Of a DNA stretch of 64,000 nt, positions 1-9,728 are shown in pieces. Each line of letters opens with the position of its first letter. Position 1 is the stretch's first letter. The notes below the pieces were generated by a model. The model saw nothing but the letters and a program-made list of their open reading frames with translations, ran no database searches and had not been told where the DNA came from. A program made the translations under genes and the position numbers. The stretch comes from Candidatus Latescibacterota bacterium (lineage in GTDB: Bacteria > Latescibacterota > UBA2968). The stretch covers positions 4,576,001 to 4,640,000 of the forward strand of contig OZ242320.1 of assembly GCA_965208125.1 (NCBI GenBank), read 5' to 3'.

Positions 1-1098
1 CGGTATGGTGCTCGCATCGGGCGCATCGCTTATCTCGGGTTGAACGTCGAGGGTTTGCAGGACGCGTTCGGCCTGGACGAGTTGAAGGCGAATGCTCTGG
101 ATCAGCCTGATCATTCTCTCCATTGGGCCTTCAAATTGCCGGGCGAGGAAAAACACAACACTGAATTCTCCGATGCTCAACTCCCCGGTCATGGTGTGGT
201 AACCCACGTAGAGCCACAACACTTTTTCAACGCCTTCAGAGAGAAACCACAGAACGCCCTGGTGCGTAAAGATATGTAGAACGCGGTACTTGATCCAATA
301 TCTGCGGTTCTCGATAAAAGTTGATGCATATCGGCGGGCAGACCAGCGCATGCGGCCGAAACCTTTGACGGTCTTGGTCGCGGCTATACCGTCTCTCAAG
401 ATCGACCTCAGGTACTGTGCCTGCATTCTCATGTCCCAGCGGACTCTCTGAAGGCGCGTGTAGAAGTAGTGGGATAGGGCTGTGTAGGGAAAGGAGTAGA
501 GAAAAATCAAGACTGTGAGCCAGGGATCGACCAGACTGAGGATGATGCCCGTCCAGATAATCCGGTAGGCTATGGTGATCGCATTGGGAACATCGTCGGT
601 GATCATGGTGATCAGGCCACCTGAGACGTCGGCGGTGCTGCGGTACATGTGTTCGCCGATGGGCCGACTCTGAAGAAAACCGAGGGAAAGTTTGTGGAGG
701 TGGTCGTAGAAGATCGTTCGCAGGTGGATGGTGACTTTCATGTCGATATACCACCCGAGGATACGCCGTGTTATTTGAGAGACATTCGAGATGATCCACA
801 TCAGGAATTGGATACCAAAGACAAAAAAGAAAAGCTGCAAGCGACGATCTACTGGCAGGTCGATGTTCAGAATGACTTCATCGACCTGATATCGATTCAA
901 AAAGACGCCTATCTCACGGAGCGGAACACCTACCATGATGAATAGCATCCCGAGGATGACTTTTGTCTTGTGGGGATACAGGTACTTAAAAAATCGCCAG
1001 AAGGTTTCCCATTCGCGGTTTGCCCGTTCCTGTTCTGGAGACCAGGCGGAACCTCGCCATACCTCGGGCTTTTTCTGTCGGATGTCGAGAAGTCTCAT
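1..1098 (-). CDS. ABC exporter permease/ATP-binding protein; N-terminal transmembrane domain, truncated by the window edge
   Basis: Absent from the ORF track because there is no stop in the window. Manual translation from ATG 1098 (GAGGA RBS) is open to position 1: MRLLDIRQKK...FYDHLHKLSLGFLQSRPIGEHMYRSTADV...GELSIGEF...QAERVLQTLDVQPEISDAP. This matches the MsbA-type TMD pattern. Confidence 0.85.
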   Translation of the reverse strand, partial: MRLLDIRQKKPEVWRGSAWSPEQERANREWETFWRFFKYLYPHKTKVILGMLFIMVGVPLREIGVFLNRYQVDEVILNIDLPVDRRLQLFFFVFGIQFLMWIISNVSQITRRILGWYIDMKVTIHLRTIFYDHLHKLSLGFLQSRPIGEHMYRSTADVSGGLITMITDDVPNAITIAYRIIWTGIILSLVDPWLTVLIFLYSFPYTALSHYFYTRLQRVRWDMRMQAQYLRSILRDGIAATKTVKGFGRMRWSARRYASTFIENRRYWIKYRVLHIFTHQGVLWFLSEGVEKVLWLYVGYHTMTGELSIGEFSVVFFLARQFEGPMERMIRLIQSIRLQLVQAERVLQTLDVQPEISDAPDASTIP

Positions 1099-1123
1099 TG
1101 TCATCCTCAGGTCTTGTGAGACC

Positions 1124-2515
1124 TTAATTTTTTTTCCTATTCTCGTGATCTGGATACACAGCATTGAACACACGCGTTACCACATCGGGCGATGTCCGAT
1201 TCTCAAAAGCCTCTAAAACTGGATCGTTGGTTTCCCGCATTTGAGCCTGTAGAATCGTCCGTATTTCATCGGCTTTTGCACTGTATTCCGGGTCGTCAAT
1301 CAAGTTTTTCAAACAATTGGGGTCCTGCTCCAAATCGTATAACTCTTCCGGCACGCGATACCGAAACATTCGCACCCGTTCCGCAATATCTGGATTGCCC
1401 GGTGCAGCCTCCTCCATTGCGTGCATTGTCAAGCCTTCATTGTTATTGCGGTACCGATAGTCATCTCGCACCCACATATTAAATATGTATCCAAACTGAT
1501 GATTCTGCACACACCGCATCGGCGTTGCTGCTCCACCAGCCTTAGAATCGATCTGCGTAAATACATGCTCTCGACCTTCTTGCTTTTCGCCTCTCAGTAG
1601 CGGCACAAAAGATTGCCCATCCACACCATCCAAAGCAGGTAGCCCAATCGCATCTAATGCGGTCGGCAAGAAATCAATGCCCGACATCAGTTCACGACAT
1701 GTTGCACCCTCTTTTGCAACACCGGGCCACCGCACCAGCCAGGGTGTGCGTGTACTCGCCAGATATACATTACACTTGGCAAACGGCACAGCCATCCCGT
1801 TATCCGACAAAAAAGCGACCAGTGTATTGTCTCTCAATCCCGACTCTTCCAGAGCATTCATCACCGCTCCAAATGTATCATCCAGGCGTCTCACCGAATT
1901 GTAATACCACGAAAGTTCTTTGCGAATCAATGGAAGATCAGGCAAGAATCCGGGCACTTCAATTTCATCGGGGCTATACAACCGCGATGGCACCTCAGCA
2001 CCACCCTTTGGTCCTTCATCTGGGTTGTAAAACGGTCGATGGGGATCATGAGAGTTTACCATAAAATAAAAGGGTTTGTCGGCGCTTTTACAGTTCTCGA
2101 AAAATTTCTTACAATACGCTCTATACTTCTGAGGACTACGACCAAAACCCAGGTCTTCTTGATCCCGACTAAAATCCCAGGTAATCGACTCTTTCGGCGT
2201 TGAATGATTCACTTTTCCGAGAAGGCCAGTCATATACCCCGCATCGCTCAACGTTTCGATGATCGTCGGTGTGTCCTCAAATGTATGAAAAAATCCCATT
2301 CCACCATTGTTATAACTATAGCGCCCGGTGTTCAACACATTGCGACTTGGCATACAAATAGCAACATTCACATGCCCATGACTGAACCGCATACCCTCTG
2401 CGGCAAACGCATCCAGGTTGGGAGAAATATCTGGCACGTTTGATCCAAAACAGCCGAGTGAATCGCAACCCAAATCATCTGCTGTAAACAGCAGGATATT
2501 TAATTTACCTACCAT
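1124..2515 (-). CDS. Sulfatase (S1, N-sulfoglucosamine sulfohydrolase-like), cytoplasmic
   Basis: NILLFTADDLG, CMPSR formylglycine motif, GKVNH, HDPHRPF, SDNG, ELYDLEQDP; no signal peptide. Confidence 0.92.
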   Translation of the reverse strand: MVGKLNILLFTADDLGCDSLGCFGSNVPDISPNLDAFAAEGMRFSHGHVNVAICMPSRNVLNTGRYSYNNGGMGFFHTFEDTPTIIETLSDAGYMTGLLGKVNHSTPKESITWDFSRDQEDLGFGRSPQKYRAYCKKFFENCKSADKPFYFMVNSHDPHRPFYNPDEGPKGGAEVPSRLYSPDEIEVPGFLPDLPLIRKELSWYYNSVRRLDDTFGAVMNALEESGLRDNTLVAFLSDNGMAVPFAKCNVYLASTRTPWLVRWPGVAKEGATCRELMSGIDFLPTALDAIGLPALDGVDGQSFVPLLRGEKQEGREHVFTQIDSKAGGAATPMRCVQNHQFGYIFNMWVRDDYRYRNNNEGLTMHAMEEAAPGNPDIAERVRMFRYRVPEELYDLEQDPNCLKNLIDDPEYSAKADEIRTILQAQMRETNDPVLEAFENRTSPDVVTRVFNAVYPDHENRKKN

Positions 2516-2586
2516 ACGATCCTCACTTTCTCAAATCAACATTGGACACGTAAATTTATGAATATTCCGAATAATCCGCTACCGAA

Positions 2587-4545
2587 TTAGTATAGCGCGA
2601 GTGAATGCCCGTCATCGGGAAACCATATCATGTCAACGACAAACGAAATCCCGACACCAACGAAATACCCCAGCATCATACCAAAGAAGAAGGGTGAGGC
2701 TTTGCGATACAGGCTGATGCCGCCTATACGGAGGATGGCGGCTTTGGCGAACCAGGCGAAGAAAATTGAGAATATAGTGCGATTGGCAGGGTATGAGGTT
2801 GCCGAGACCAGGCCGATGGGGTGTAGCGGAAAAGCCGGATAGATATAGCGGAGGACCATATTGGCGACGGTGACGGCAGTTCCGATCAGACCCCACAAGG
2901 CGAGATGTCGCTTCATTGCGAAGGGATCGCGGATGTAACCTACTCCTCTGTCAAATACGGCCTGTACGGATCCCGCATAGATGCCGCCGTAGTTGTATGC
3001 GCCCGTCTGGTAGCCGGAAGCGATCGCGTAATAGGCGCTGCCTCCCACAACAACGGCAACGGCGATCGCGACTGCGAGGATCATTCTCCCTCTGTCTTCG
3101 CGGACATCATCGAAGAGTTTCGTGGCGTTGGCCATCGGGGCCATCAGGACGGTTTTCAGGTCGCGGTGCCAGGTGTAGGTCAACGCCAATGCCACAATGC
3201 TCTGCGCGTTCATGTTTGTGAGCCCAACAATATGGTAGGTCGCAAACTGCGCGTGTATGATGCGAGAGCTGATCAGCCCCGTTTCGATGCTGATCTTCGA
3301 GATTCCAAGCCAGACGATAATGACAAGGGCGACGAAGACAAATGCCACATATACGGTCATTCCCGATGCGACGCACCACGCGCAGATGAATATCGCACTG
3401 AGGACGAGTCCGAATACCGCTGAACGGTAGGAGAGCATTTCCCGAGTATCGACTATCGCAGGGTCCTTTGTGAATGCCTTTCTGACGACATCTCTCAAAT
3501 GGCCGCGGGCGGTCCACAGTCCCCAGGGAATCAGGACGAAAAGTGCGCCAAGTCCTTGCCAGTTTTCAAAATCGGAAGTGTCTGCACGCAGTGGACCTGT
3601 TTCGAATCCAAATCTTCTGAACATACCAAGCTGAAACGTCAGGAACAGGAAGTAGATGATGATGCTTCCGGATACTTCGAGCTCAACGAAGTAAGAGGCA
3701 CCGATGATCAGTGGATAGAATCGGGTTTCGATGGGTGGAAAGTCCCGACCCAGTTGGATAAGCCCAAAGTCTCTTGGAATGGTCGGGAAAATGGGTGTGA
3801 AGTATCCGATCATATTCCACATAATCGGGAAGATCGCGAAAGCGAAACCGATCCAGAAAACAGGCTGGTTCATGAACCCGGCGGTGAAAAACCCACGAGG
3901 CTCCTCGTCCGCCATGTTCATCGGCAGCTTCATCAGGGGGAAGGAGAGCCGCTCGTTCTCGACCCATTGTTTCCGGAAGATCGCAACCATACAATAGCAG
4001 AAGCAGGCGACCGCGCCTACGAGCGACAGACGCCAGGTCAACGGTATGAGCCAGGCTTTCCACGGGATCGAAGCACCGCGGGGGAGTCCTTCGTAGAACC
4101 ATTTGGCTGCCATAATATCCGTTACGACTGCCCAATCGACTAGATACGGATGTAGCTCGGTCGCCCAGCCATTCTCGGATGATGGAAAATAATAGGGCGC
4201 ACCGATGTTCGCGATCATGTGCGCCATGAAGTAGCTGGGCAGAGCCGATCCGATCAGGGCCATTGCAAAGATGACGAGAAGCTCGGCTCTTGTGAGCATG
4301 GCCTTCGGTCGGACGGCCTGGATGACTTTGTTAAGGATGACAGCGATGATGAAGAAGGGAACCATCACGCCCCAGGGCAGATGGTCCTGCGCCATTTTGG
4401 TCGTATGACCGATGTGACGCGTGTAGTGACCGCCCCAGGCCATGAAAGTCACACACAGCGTACCCAGCGCAATGGATCGAGCCGTTATGGCGTGCCGAAA
4501 GGGACGAATCGCCGGTTCCGCTATGGATTGTTGTGCCTCGGCCAA
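2587..4545 (-). CDS. Polytopic membrane protein, DUF6785/DUF6784-like; putative transporter
   Basis: About 16 hydrophobic segments, QWVENERLSFPL and FPLHPIG motifs; TTG start with GGAGG RBS. Confidence 0.75.
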   Translation of the reverse strand: MAEAQQSIAEPAIRPFRHAITARSIALGTLCVTFMAWGGHYTRHIGHTTKMAQDHLPWGVMVPFFIIAVILNKVIQAVRPKAMLTRAELLVIFAMALIGSALPSYFMAHMIANIGAPYYFPSSENGWATELHPYLVDWAVVTDIMAAKWFYEGLPRGASIPWKAWLIPLTWRLSLVGAVACFCYCMVAIFRKQWVENERLSFPLMKLPMNMADEEPRGFFTAGFMNQPVFWIGFAFAIFPIMWNMIGYFTPIFPTIPRDFGLIQLGRDFPPIETRFYPLIIGASYFVELEVSGSIIIYFLFLTFQLGMFRRFGFETGPLRADTSDFENWQGLGALFVLIPWGLWTARGHLRDVVRKAFTKDPAIVDTREMLSYRSAVFGLVLSAIFICAWCVASGMTVYVAFVFVALVIIVWLGISKISIETGLISSRIIHAQFATYHIVGLTNMNAQSIVALALTYTWHRDLKTVLMAPMANATKLFDDVREDRGRMILAVAIAVAVVVGGSAYYAIASGYQTGAYNYGGIYAGSVQAVFDRGVGYIRDPFAMKRHLALWGLIGTAVTVANMVLRYIYPAFPLHPIGLVSATSYPANRTIFSIFFAWFAKAAILRIGGISLYRKASPFFFGMMLGYFVGVGISFVVDMIWFPDDGHSLALY

Positions 4546-4565
4546 TCAGGACCTCCAATATTTTC

Positions 4566-5720
4566 TTATCCGCTTATTCGATACTTTTCCAGGGCATCCT
4601 CATCGAGTTCACATCCAAGTCCTGGCTTTGTTGGAACAATGGCTTTGCCTTTTTCAAATTGGATGCCATCTACAATTAGATCATCTTCCCGCGTCCAACT
4701 CCCGACAAAATCACTGGGCATAACGCAATTTCGCGGCACACTTGCCGCGTGAAGATAGGCCATTTCCATTACGCCGAGGTCATTTCCGGATCCATGCCAG
4801 CAGGGAATGCCCGCAGCATCGGCAATCGCCGCGTTGTGGACAAATTGCCACATGCTGCCCCCCAGATTGAAAATATCTACTGCTTCCACCTTGATTGCGT
4901 TGATGATGTCGTGGGGATTCGCCAGATGCAATGCGACCGGGATTGTCGTTGCCGCTCTCAGTTGGCAATACCAATCCAGGTTCCATTTCGCCATTGGATC
5001 TTCGAGCACGCCGACATTGCCGACTGCCTCGAATTGTTTTGCCAATGCAATGGCTTCTGCTGGGCGATAAAATCTCTGATTCGGATCGATTGTGCATTTG
5101 AACGATATATCTGTGGCTTCCAGAATTGCCTGGACGCGAGCGACCATTGGTTCATCAGAGGTACATTTCATTTTGACACCGTGAAATCCGCGTTCGTAAC
5201 CGAGCCGCGCATTAAGGGCTGAGTCTTCGGGCGTTTGATGGCCGATCCAGTAATCCGCTGGTACGCGGTCTCTGTACGCACCGCCGAGCAGTTCGTGGAC
5301 AGGGCAGTTTCGGATTTTGCCCACGATGTCAAAAACCGCCATTTCAAACGCCTCATAACCCGCGCCAGTTCCCCAGCCGGTCAAATTCTCCCAATCGCGC
5401 GTTCCGACTTCGTCTTCAGACGCAACCGCGTCTCTGAAAGGCATGACTGTGTTGCGGTGCGTAGCGGCGTTTCTAAATACGTTTTGCAGGCTCAGTTTGA
5501 GAGGATCTCTTCCTTTGAGTTGGTTAAATCCCTGTCGAATTGCACTTTCAGGCGTCCCGCGCGAGGTTTCTCCCAGTCCGTAAATCCCTTCATCGGTATT
5601 TAGCCTGATGATGTGTTTGGGAACCTGGTCCCAGCCCGCAGGACCAAATGATGCGCTGTGTACACGGCCGGGTATGGTTGGAACAACGACTGTAATGATG
5701 TCGATGGATGCGATTTTCAT
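4566..5720 (-). CDS. Mandelate racemase/muconate lactonizing enzyme family protein
   Basis: TDEGIYGLGE, FDIVGK..PVHELLGG, KMK, IDPN, LEDP, PGLG; start re-set to MKIASID at 5720. Confidence 0.9.
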   Translation of the reverse strand: MKIASIDIITVVVPTIPGRVHSASFGPAGWDQVPKHIIRLNTDEGIYGLGETSRGTPESAIRQGFNQLKGRDPLKLSLQNVFRNAATHRNTVMPFRDAVASEDEVGTRDWENLTGWGTGAGYEAFEMAVFDIVGKIRNCPVHELLGGAYRDRVPADYWIGHQTPEDSALNARLGYERGFHGVKMKCTSDEPMVARVQAILEATDISFKCTIDPNQRFYRPAEAIALAKQFEAVGNVGVLEDPMAKWNLDWYCQLRAATTIPVALHLANPHDIINAIKVEAVDIFNLGGSMWQFVHNAAIADAAGIPCWHGSGNDLGVMEMAYLHAASVPRNCVMPSDFVGSWTREDDLIVDGIQFEKGKAIVPTKPGLGCELDEDALEKYRISG

Positions 5721-5742
5721 GGCGTTTTTCTCACAGTGATGC

Positions 5743-6486
5743 CTATATGCTTCGCCCGCCATCTACAATGAGATTTTCCCCCGTGACAAAGGGGCTGAGG
5801 ATGAGTCCGAGGATGGCGTCGGCACAGTCTTCACCGGTTGCGACGCGGCCCATTGGCGTGGCTTCCAGGTGGAGTTTGCGAAAGGCGTCCCAGCCGATTC
5901 CCCAGCGCGTATCGACAAAGCCCGGGGAGATGGCGTTGACCTGGATATCGGGTGCTTGACTGGTTGCCAGAGAATTCGTCAGGCAGATCAGCGCGGCTTT
6001 GGACGCGGAATAGGCAATTGAACTGCCCTTTCCAGAGATACCGGAGATGGAGGCGACGTTGACGATGCTCCCACCGCCACTTTCTTTCATTTTTGGGATT
6101 GCTGCCCTGGCTGCGAAGAAGGCCCCCTTTACATTGACGGCCATTGCGCGATCCCAGTCCTCCTCTGTCAGGTTCTCCAGGTCGTCCAATGGCACGAACC
6201 GCGTCATTCCCGCGCTGTTGACGAGAATGTCGAGGCGGCCGAGTTCATCGACTACGCGATCTACCATTTGCCGAACGGCTGAGTCGTCCGATACGTCTGC
6301 TTTGACGGCGATGGCTTTGCGCCCCAGTGCTTCGATATCTAAACAGGTTTTGTTGGCGTCATCTTCAGATCGACTGTAGTTGACGGCGACATCCGCGCCT
6401 TCTGTGGCGAATAGCAGCGACGTTGCGCGACCGATGCCCGTTCCTCCTCCAGTGACAAGTGCTACTTTGCCATCGAGTTTTCCCAT
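5743..6486 (-). CDS. Short-chain dehydrogenase/reductase
   Basis: TGGGTGIG, NSAG, YSASK, ISPG; start MGKLDGK with AAGGGAG RBS. Confidence 0.93.
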   Translation of the reverse strand: MGKLDGKVALVTGGGTGIGRATSLLFATEGADVAVNYSRSEDDANKTCLDIEALGRKAIAVKADVSDDSAVRQMVDRVVDELGRLDILVNSAGMTRFVPLDDLENLTEEDWDRAMAVNVKGAFFAARAAIPKMKESGGGSIVNVASISGISGKGSSIAYSASKAALICLTNSLATSQAPDIQVNAISPGFVDTRWGIGWDAFRKLHLEATPMGRVATGEDCADAILGLILSPFVTGENLIVDGGRSI

Positions 6487-6523
6487 GGTGACTCCCTTCA
6501 ATGTTGTGTGTATAAAATCGCTT

Positions 6524-6553
6524 AAATTAGGCGAAGATATGCCCAAATGTCAA
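6524..6553 (-). promoter_or_regulatory. Candidate sigma70 promoter of the leftward operon
   Basis: TTGACA-18 nt-TAATTT on the minus strand upstream of the SDR gene. Confidence 0.5.
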
Positions 6554-6728
6554 TTGGGTTTTTAATGATCCCAAGATCTGGTATTATATGCGAAAAAGGA
6601 AGTGTATTAAAGTGGAAATTGACGTCGTTCGATTCTGATGCGGCGTCTTTTTTTATTTTATTTTTTGAATTTGATACCATATTGGAATAACGAGCCGATT
6701 TCAATACAAGATCACAGGAGATTTGATT

Positions 6729-7508
6729 ATGACCCCCGAAGAAAAATTCATGTTTGACCTCGAAGGTTATCTCGTCGTCAGAAATGTGCTCTCCAAAGAG
6801 GAAGTTGATCAATGCAATGAAGTTGCAGACCGCATCGCGCGCGACCAGTTTGAAATCTATCGAGACGATGGGCTAAAACTCGCCCGGAATATCACGCTGT
6901 GGGATCCCTGCGTTCAGGGTCTCATAGATCATCCCAAAATTGTCCCTTATTTGATCGAACTTTTGGGACCGAGTATCCACTTTGATCAGGATTATTGCAT
7001 TTTTTTGGACAAAGGCGGTTCCAAAGGTCCGCTGCACGCCGGTACGATGAAATCGAAAACGGAATTACTCCCATTTTTTTACACGTATCGCGACGGCATC
7101 ATGCGCAATGGTTTGACAACACTGGTCTATGCGCTCACGCCCGTGCGAAAGGGCGATGGCGGTTTTTGCTGTATTCCTGGCTCGCACAAGTCCAACTTCC
7201 AACTCGCTATCCCCGAGGATGTTATGTATTTCAAACGGCCCGCCCATTACGTCGTACAACCCGAATTGGAGCCGGGTGACCTGATCATTTTTACGGAGGC
7301 GACAGTACACGGCACTATGCCCTGGACAGCCAATCACGAACGCAGATCATTTCTCTTTAAATACAACCCCGGGAATACGATTTCATGGGCGAATTATTAC
7401 AATATAGATGACTATGATCACTTGACCGAGAACCAAAAACGCATGATGACGCCGCCGGGAGGCCACGGTCCAGGGAAGCCTCCAAGGCTTGAAGTCATTG
7501 CGCCATGA
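6729..7508 (+). CDS. Phytanoyl-CoA dioxygenase (PhyH) family protein, HxG variant
   Basis: FDLEGYLVV, LHAG, GGFCCIPGSHK, GDLIIFTEATVHGT, RRS; AGGAG RBS. Confidence 0.88.
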   Translation: MTPEEKFMFDLEGYLVVRNVLSKEEVDQCNEVADRIARDQFEIYRDDGLKLARNITLWDPCVQGLIDHPKIVPYLIELLGPSIHFDQDYCIFLDKGGSKGPLHAGTMKSKTELLPFFYTYRDGIMRNGLTTLVYALTPVRKGDGGFCCIPGSHKSNFQLAIPEDVMYFKRPAHYVVQPELEPGDLIIFTEATVHGTMPWTANHERRSFLFKYNPGNTISWANYYNIDDYDHLTENQKRMMTPPGGHGPGKPPRLEVIAP

Positions 7509-7526
7509 TACACAAAGGAGACAGCG

Positions 7527-8519
7527 ATGAAAGCAGCTATTTATTGCGGTCCGCATGATATTCAGGTGGCAGACTTGCCAGAGCCGGAAATCAATGCAAA
7601 TGAGATTCTGGTGAGGGTGAAGGCGTGTGGGATCTGTGGGTCGGATCTGCACGCTTATCGCATCGGGCTGTTTGAAGATTCTTTGGGACGTCCGACAGAG
7701 AAGGGCCTCATCATGGGGCACGAGTTTAGCGGTGAGGTTGTGGAAACGGGGCGGGATGTGCAGCGATTTCGGGTGGGCGACCACATTTCTGGTGGGGGGT
7801 TGGGCGGGTTTGCCGAATATCTTCCCCTGGAAGTCAATCCCGAGCGTCCCTATAAGTTGCCCAAAACCATTAGCTTTGAAGAAGGCGCGATGATGGAGCC
7901 TCTCGCCACGTCGATACACGCAGTGGGGCTGGCAAAACCCATTGAGGGAGAAACTGTTGTTATTCTGGGCGTTGGGATTATTGGTCTGGGATGTATCCAG
8001 GTCATTCGGGCAACTGCGGGCGGGCGCATTATCGCGGTTGATACGTCGCCAAAACGATTGGCTATGGCGCGCCAATTGGGCGCAGATGAGATCGTGAATT
8101 TGACGGAGGTAGATCCCGTGGATGCTGTTATTGAACTCACGGGTGGTGAGAGACCTGTGGAAAGATTTGGCGCGCGGGGAGGAAATGCTGATGTGGTTAT
8201 CGATTCTGCTGGTGCGAAAGCCTCGCCGAATCAGGGGTTGACGATGCTAAAACAACAAAATGGTCGCCTCGTTCCCGTCGCTTTGTTTGAAGATCAACCC
8301 GAACTCAATTTTAACCAGGTGGTGCGCAAGCAAGTGACGCTTCAGGGGTCCTGGTCATGGACTCCCGATGACTACAGGTGGGGGATTGAACTCGTCAGGA
8401 GTGGGAAAATTGATCGGAAACCACTCGTTTCACACGCCTTTCCACTCGACCAGGCACCCGAAGCGTTTGCGACACAGGCCAAGCCAGGCGCTGCCATCAA
8501 AACCTTGATAAAACCTTGA
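7527..8519 (+). CDS. Zinc-dependent medium-chain dehydrogenase
   Basis: CGICGSD, GHE, EP, GVGIIG; the structural-zinc Cys loop is absent. Confidence 0.9.
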   Translation: MKAAIYCGPHDIQVADLPEPEINANEILVRVKACGICGSDLHAYRIGLFEDSLGRPTEKGLIMGHEFSGEVVETGRDVQRFRVGDHISGGGLGGFAEYLPLEVNPERPYKLPKTISFEEGAMMEPLATSIHAVGLAKPIEGETVVILGVGIIGLGCIQVIRATAGGRIIAVDTSPKRLAMARQLGADEIVNLTEVDPVDAVIELTGGERPVERFGARGGNADVVIDSAGAKASPNQGLTMLKQQNGRLVPVALFEDQPELNFNQVVRKQVTLQGSWSWTPDDYRWGIELVRSGKIDRKPLVSHAFPLDQAPEAFATQAKPGAAIKTLIKP

Positions 8520-8539
8520 GTAATCATGAAAGGGATAGC

Positions 8540-9697
8540 ATGAAAATTACCGATGTTCAAGCCTGTGTGATTGGCAAACCCGAACCCCATAGTGGTGGGT
8601 GCGTGTGGACATTTGTTCGGATATATACCGACGAAGGCATTGTGGGTACGGGCGAATGCAATTCAGCCTCGTATTACACGGGTTTTGGTTTGAAAGAATC
8701 GATTTTAAAAATGAAGGGGATGTTGATTGGTGAAGACCCGATGAATGTGGGGCCTTTGTACGAGAAAATGCGTCGTCGTGGGCGGTATGCGGGTACTACC
8801 CAGGCACCGCTGATTTTTGCATTGACCGGCATCGAAAATGCGTTGTACGATATTGTGGGTAAGGCGTTGGGGGTGCCAATTTATCAGTTGTTGGGGGGCA
8901 AGTTTCGCGATAAGATCCGTCTCTACGCCGATTGTCACGCTGGGGATTCGGCCACGCCAGAGGCGTATGCAGAGAAGGCGCTGAGTGTTGTTGAGGAAGG
9001 CTACAGCGCGGTAAAATTTGATGTGGATCATTCGGGTGTGGGCAAGCTCGATCCGATCAATTGGACGGTGGGGGCACGGGAAATGACGCATGTGACTAAT
9101 TTGATCCGTGCGATTCGTGAGGGCATTGGTTTTGACATTGATTTGGCGATTGATTGCCACGGCCAGTTTGATTTGCCTTCGGCGATTACGTTGGCAAAAG
9201 CTGTGGAAGATGTGCGGTTGATGTGGTTGGAAGAGCCAGTACCTGCTGAGAATATTGATGCGTTGGTTCAAGTGCGTGCATCTACGAGCACGGTCATTTG
9301 TACAGGTGAAAATCATTACACCCGTTTTGAGTTTTTGGAGATGTTCAGACAAAAAGCGGTGGATATAATTATGCCCGATTTGGCCAAATCGGGTGGCATT
9401 ATGGAGGCTAAGCGCATTGCCGAAATTGCCGATGCGCATTATATCCCCATTGCGCCACATAATGTGTCGTCACCTCTGGGCATGATGGCCGCGTGTCATG
9501 TAATGGCGACAGTTCCCAACTTTTTTGTGCTCGAATTTCACGGGCGCGACATTCCATGGTGGGCCGATCTGTGTGGAGGCGAAGAATTTATCAAAGGGGG
9601 CTGGATGGCTGTTTCTGACAAACCCGGTATAGGCGTCGAGTTAGATCCTACCGTCGCCAAAACACTGCTGGCTGACGGGGATACCTATTTTGATTAA
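8540..9697 (+). CDS. Mandelate racemase family enolase, gluconate/galactonate dehydratase-like
   Basis: KFD, IDCHG, LEEP, TGEN, PD, APHN, LEFH, PGIG. Confidence 0.9.
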   Translation: MKITDVQACVIGKPEPHSGGCVWTFVRIYTDEGIVGTGECNSASYYTGFGLKESILKMKGMLIGEDPMNVGPLYEKMRRRGRYAGTTQAPLIFALTGIENALYDIVGKALGVPIYQLLGGKFRDKIRLYADCHAGDSATPEAYAEKALSVVEEGYSAVKFDVDHSGVGKLDPINWTVGAREMTHVTNLIRAIREGIGFDIDLAIDCHGQFDLPSAITLAKAVEDVRLMWLEEPVPAENIDALVQVRASTSTVICTGENHYTRFEFLEMFRQKAVDIIMPDLAKSGGIMEAKRIAEIADAHYIPIAPHNVSSPLGMMAACHVMATVPNFFVLEFHGRDIPWWADLCGGEEFIKGGWMAVSDKPGIGVELDPTVAKTLLADGDTYFD

Positions 9698-9728
9698 CGA
9701 ATGGGGACACAGAACGCTTTAGCAGCCC

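Noticed and set aside
40-945. Plus-strand ORFs 40..279 and 649..945, and minus ORF 236..799
   Set aside because: Shadows of the real minus-strand ABC transporter frame (1098 to 1).
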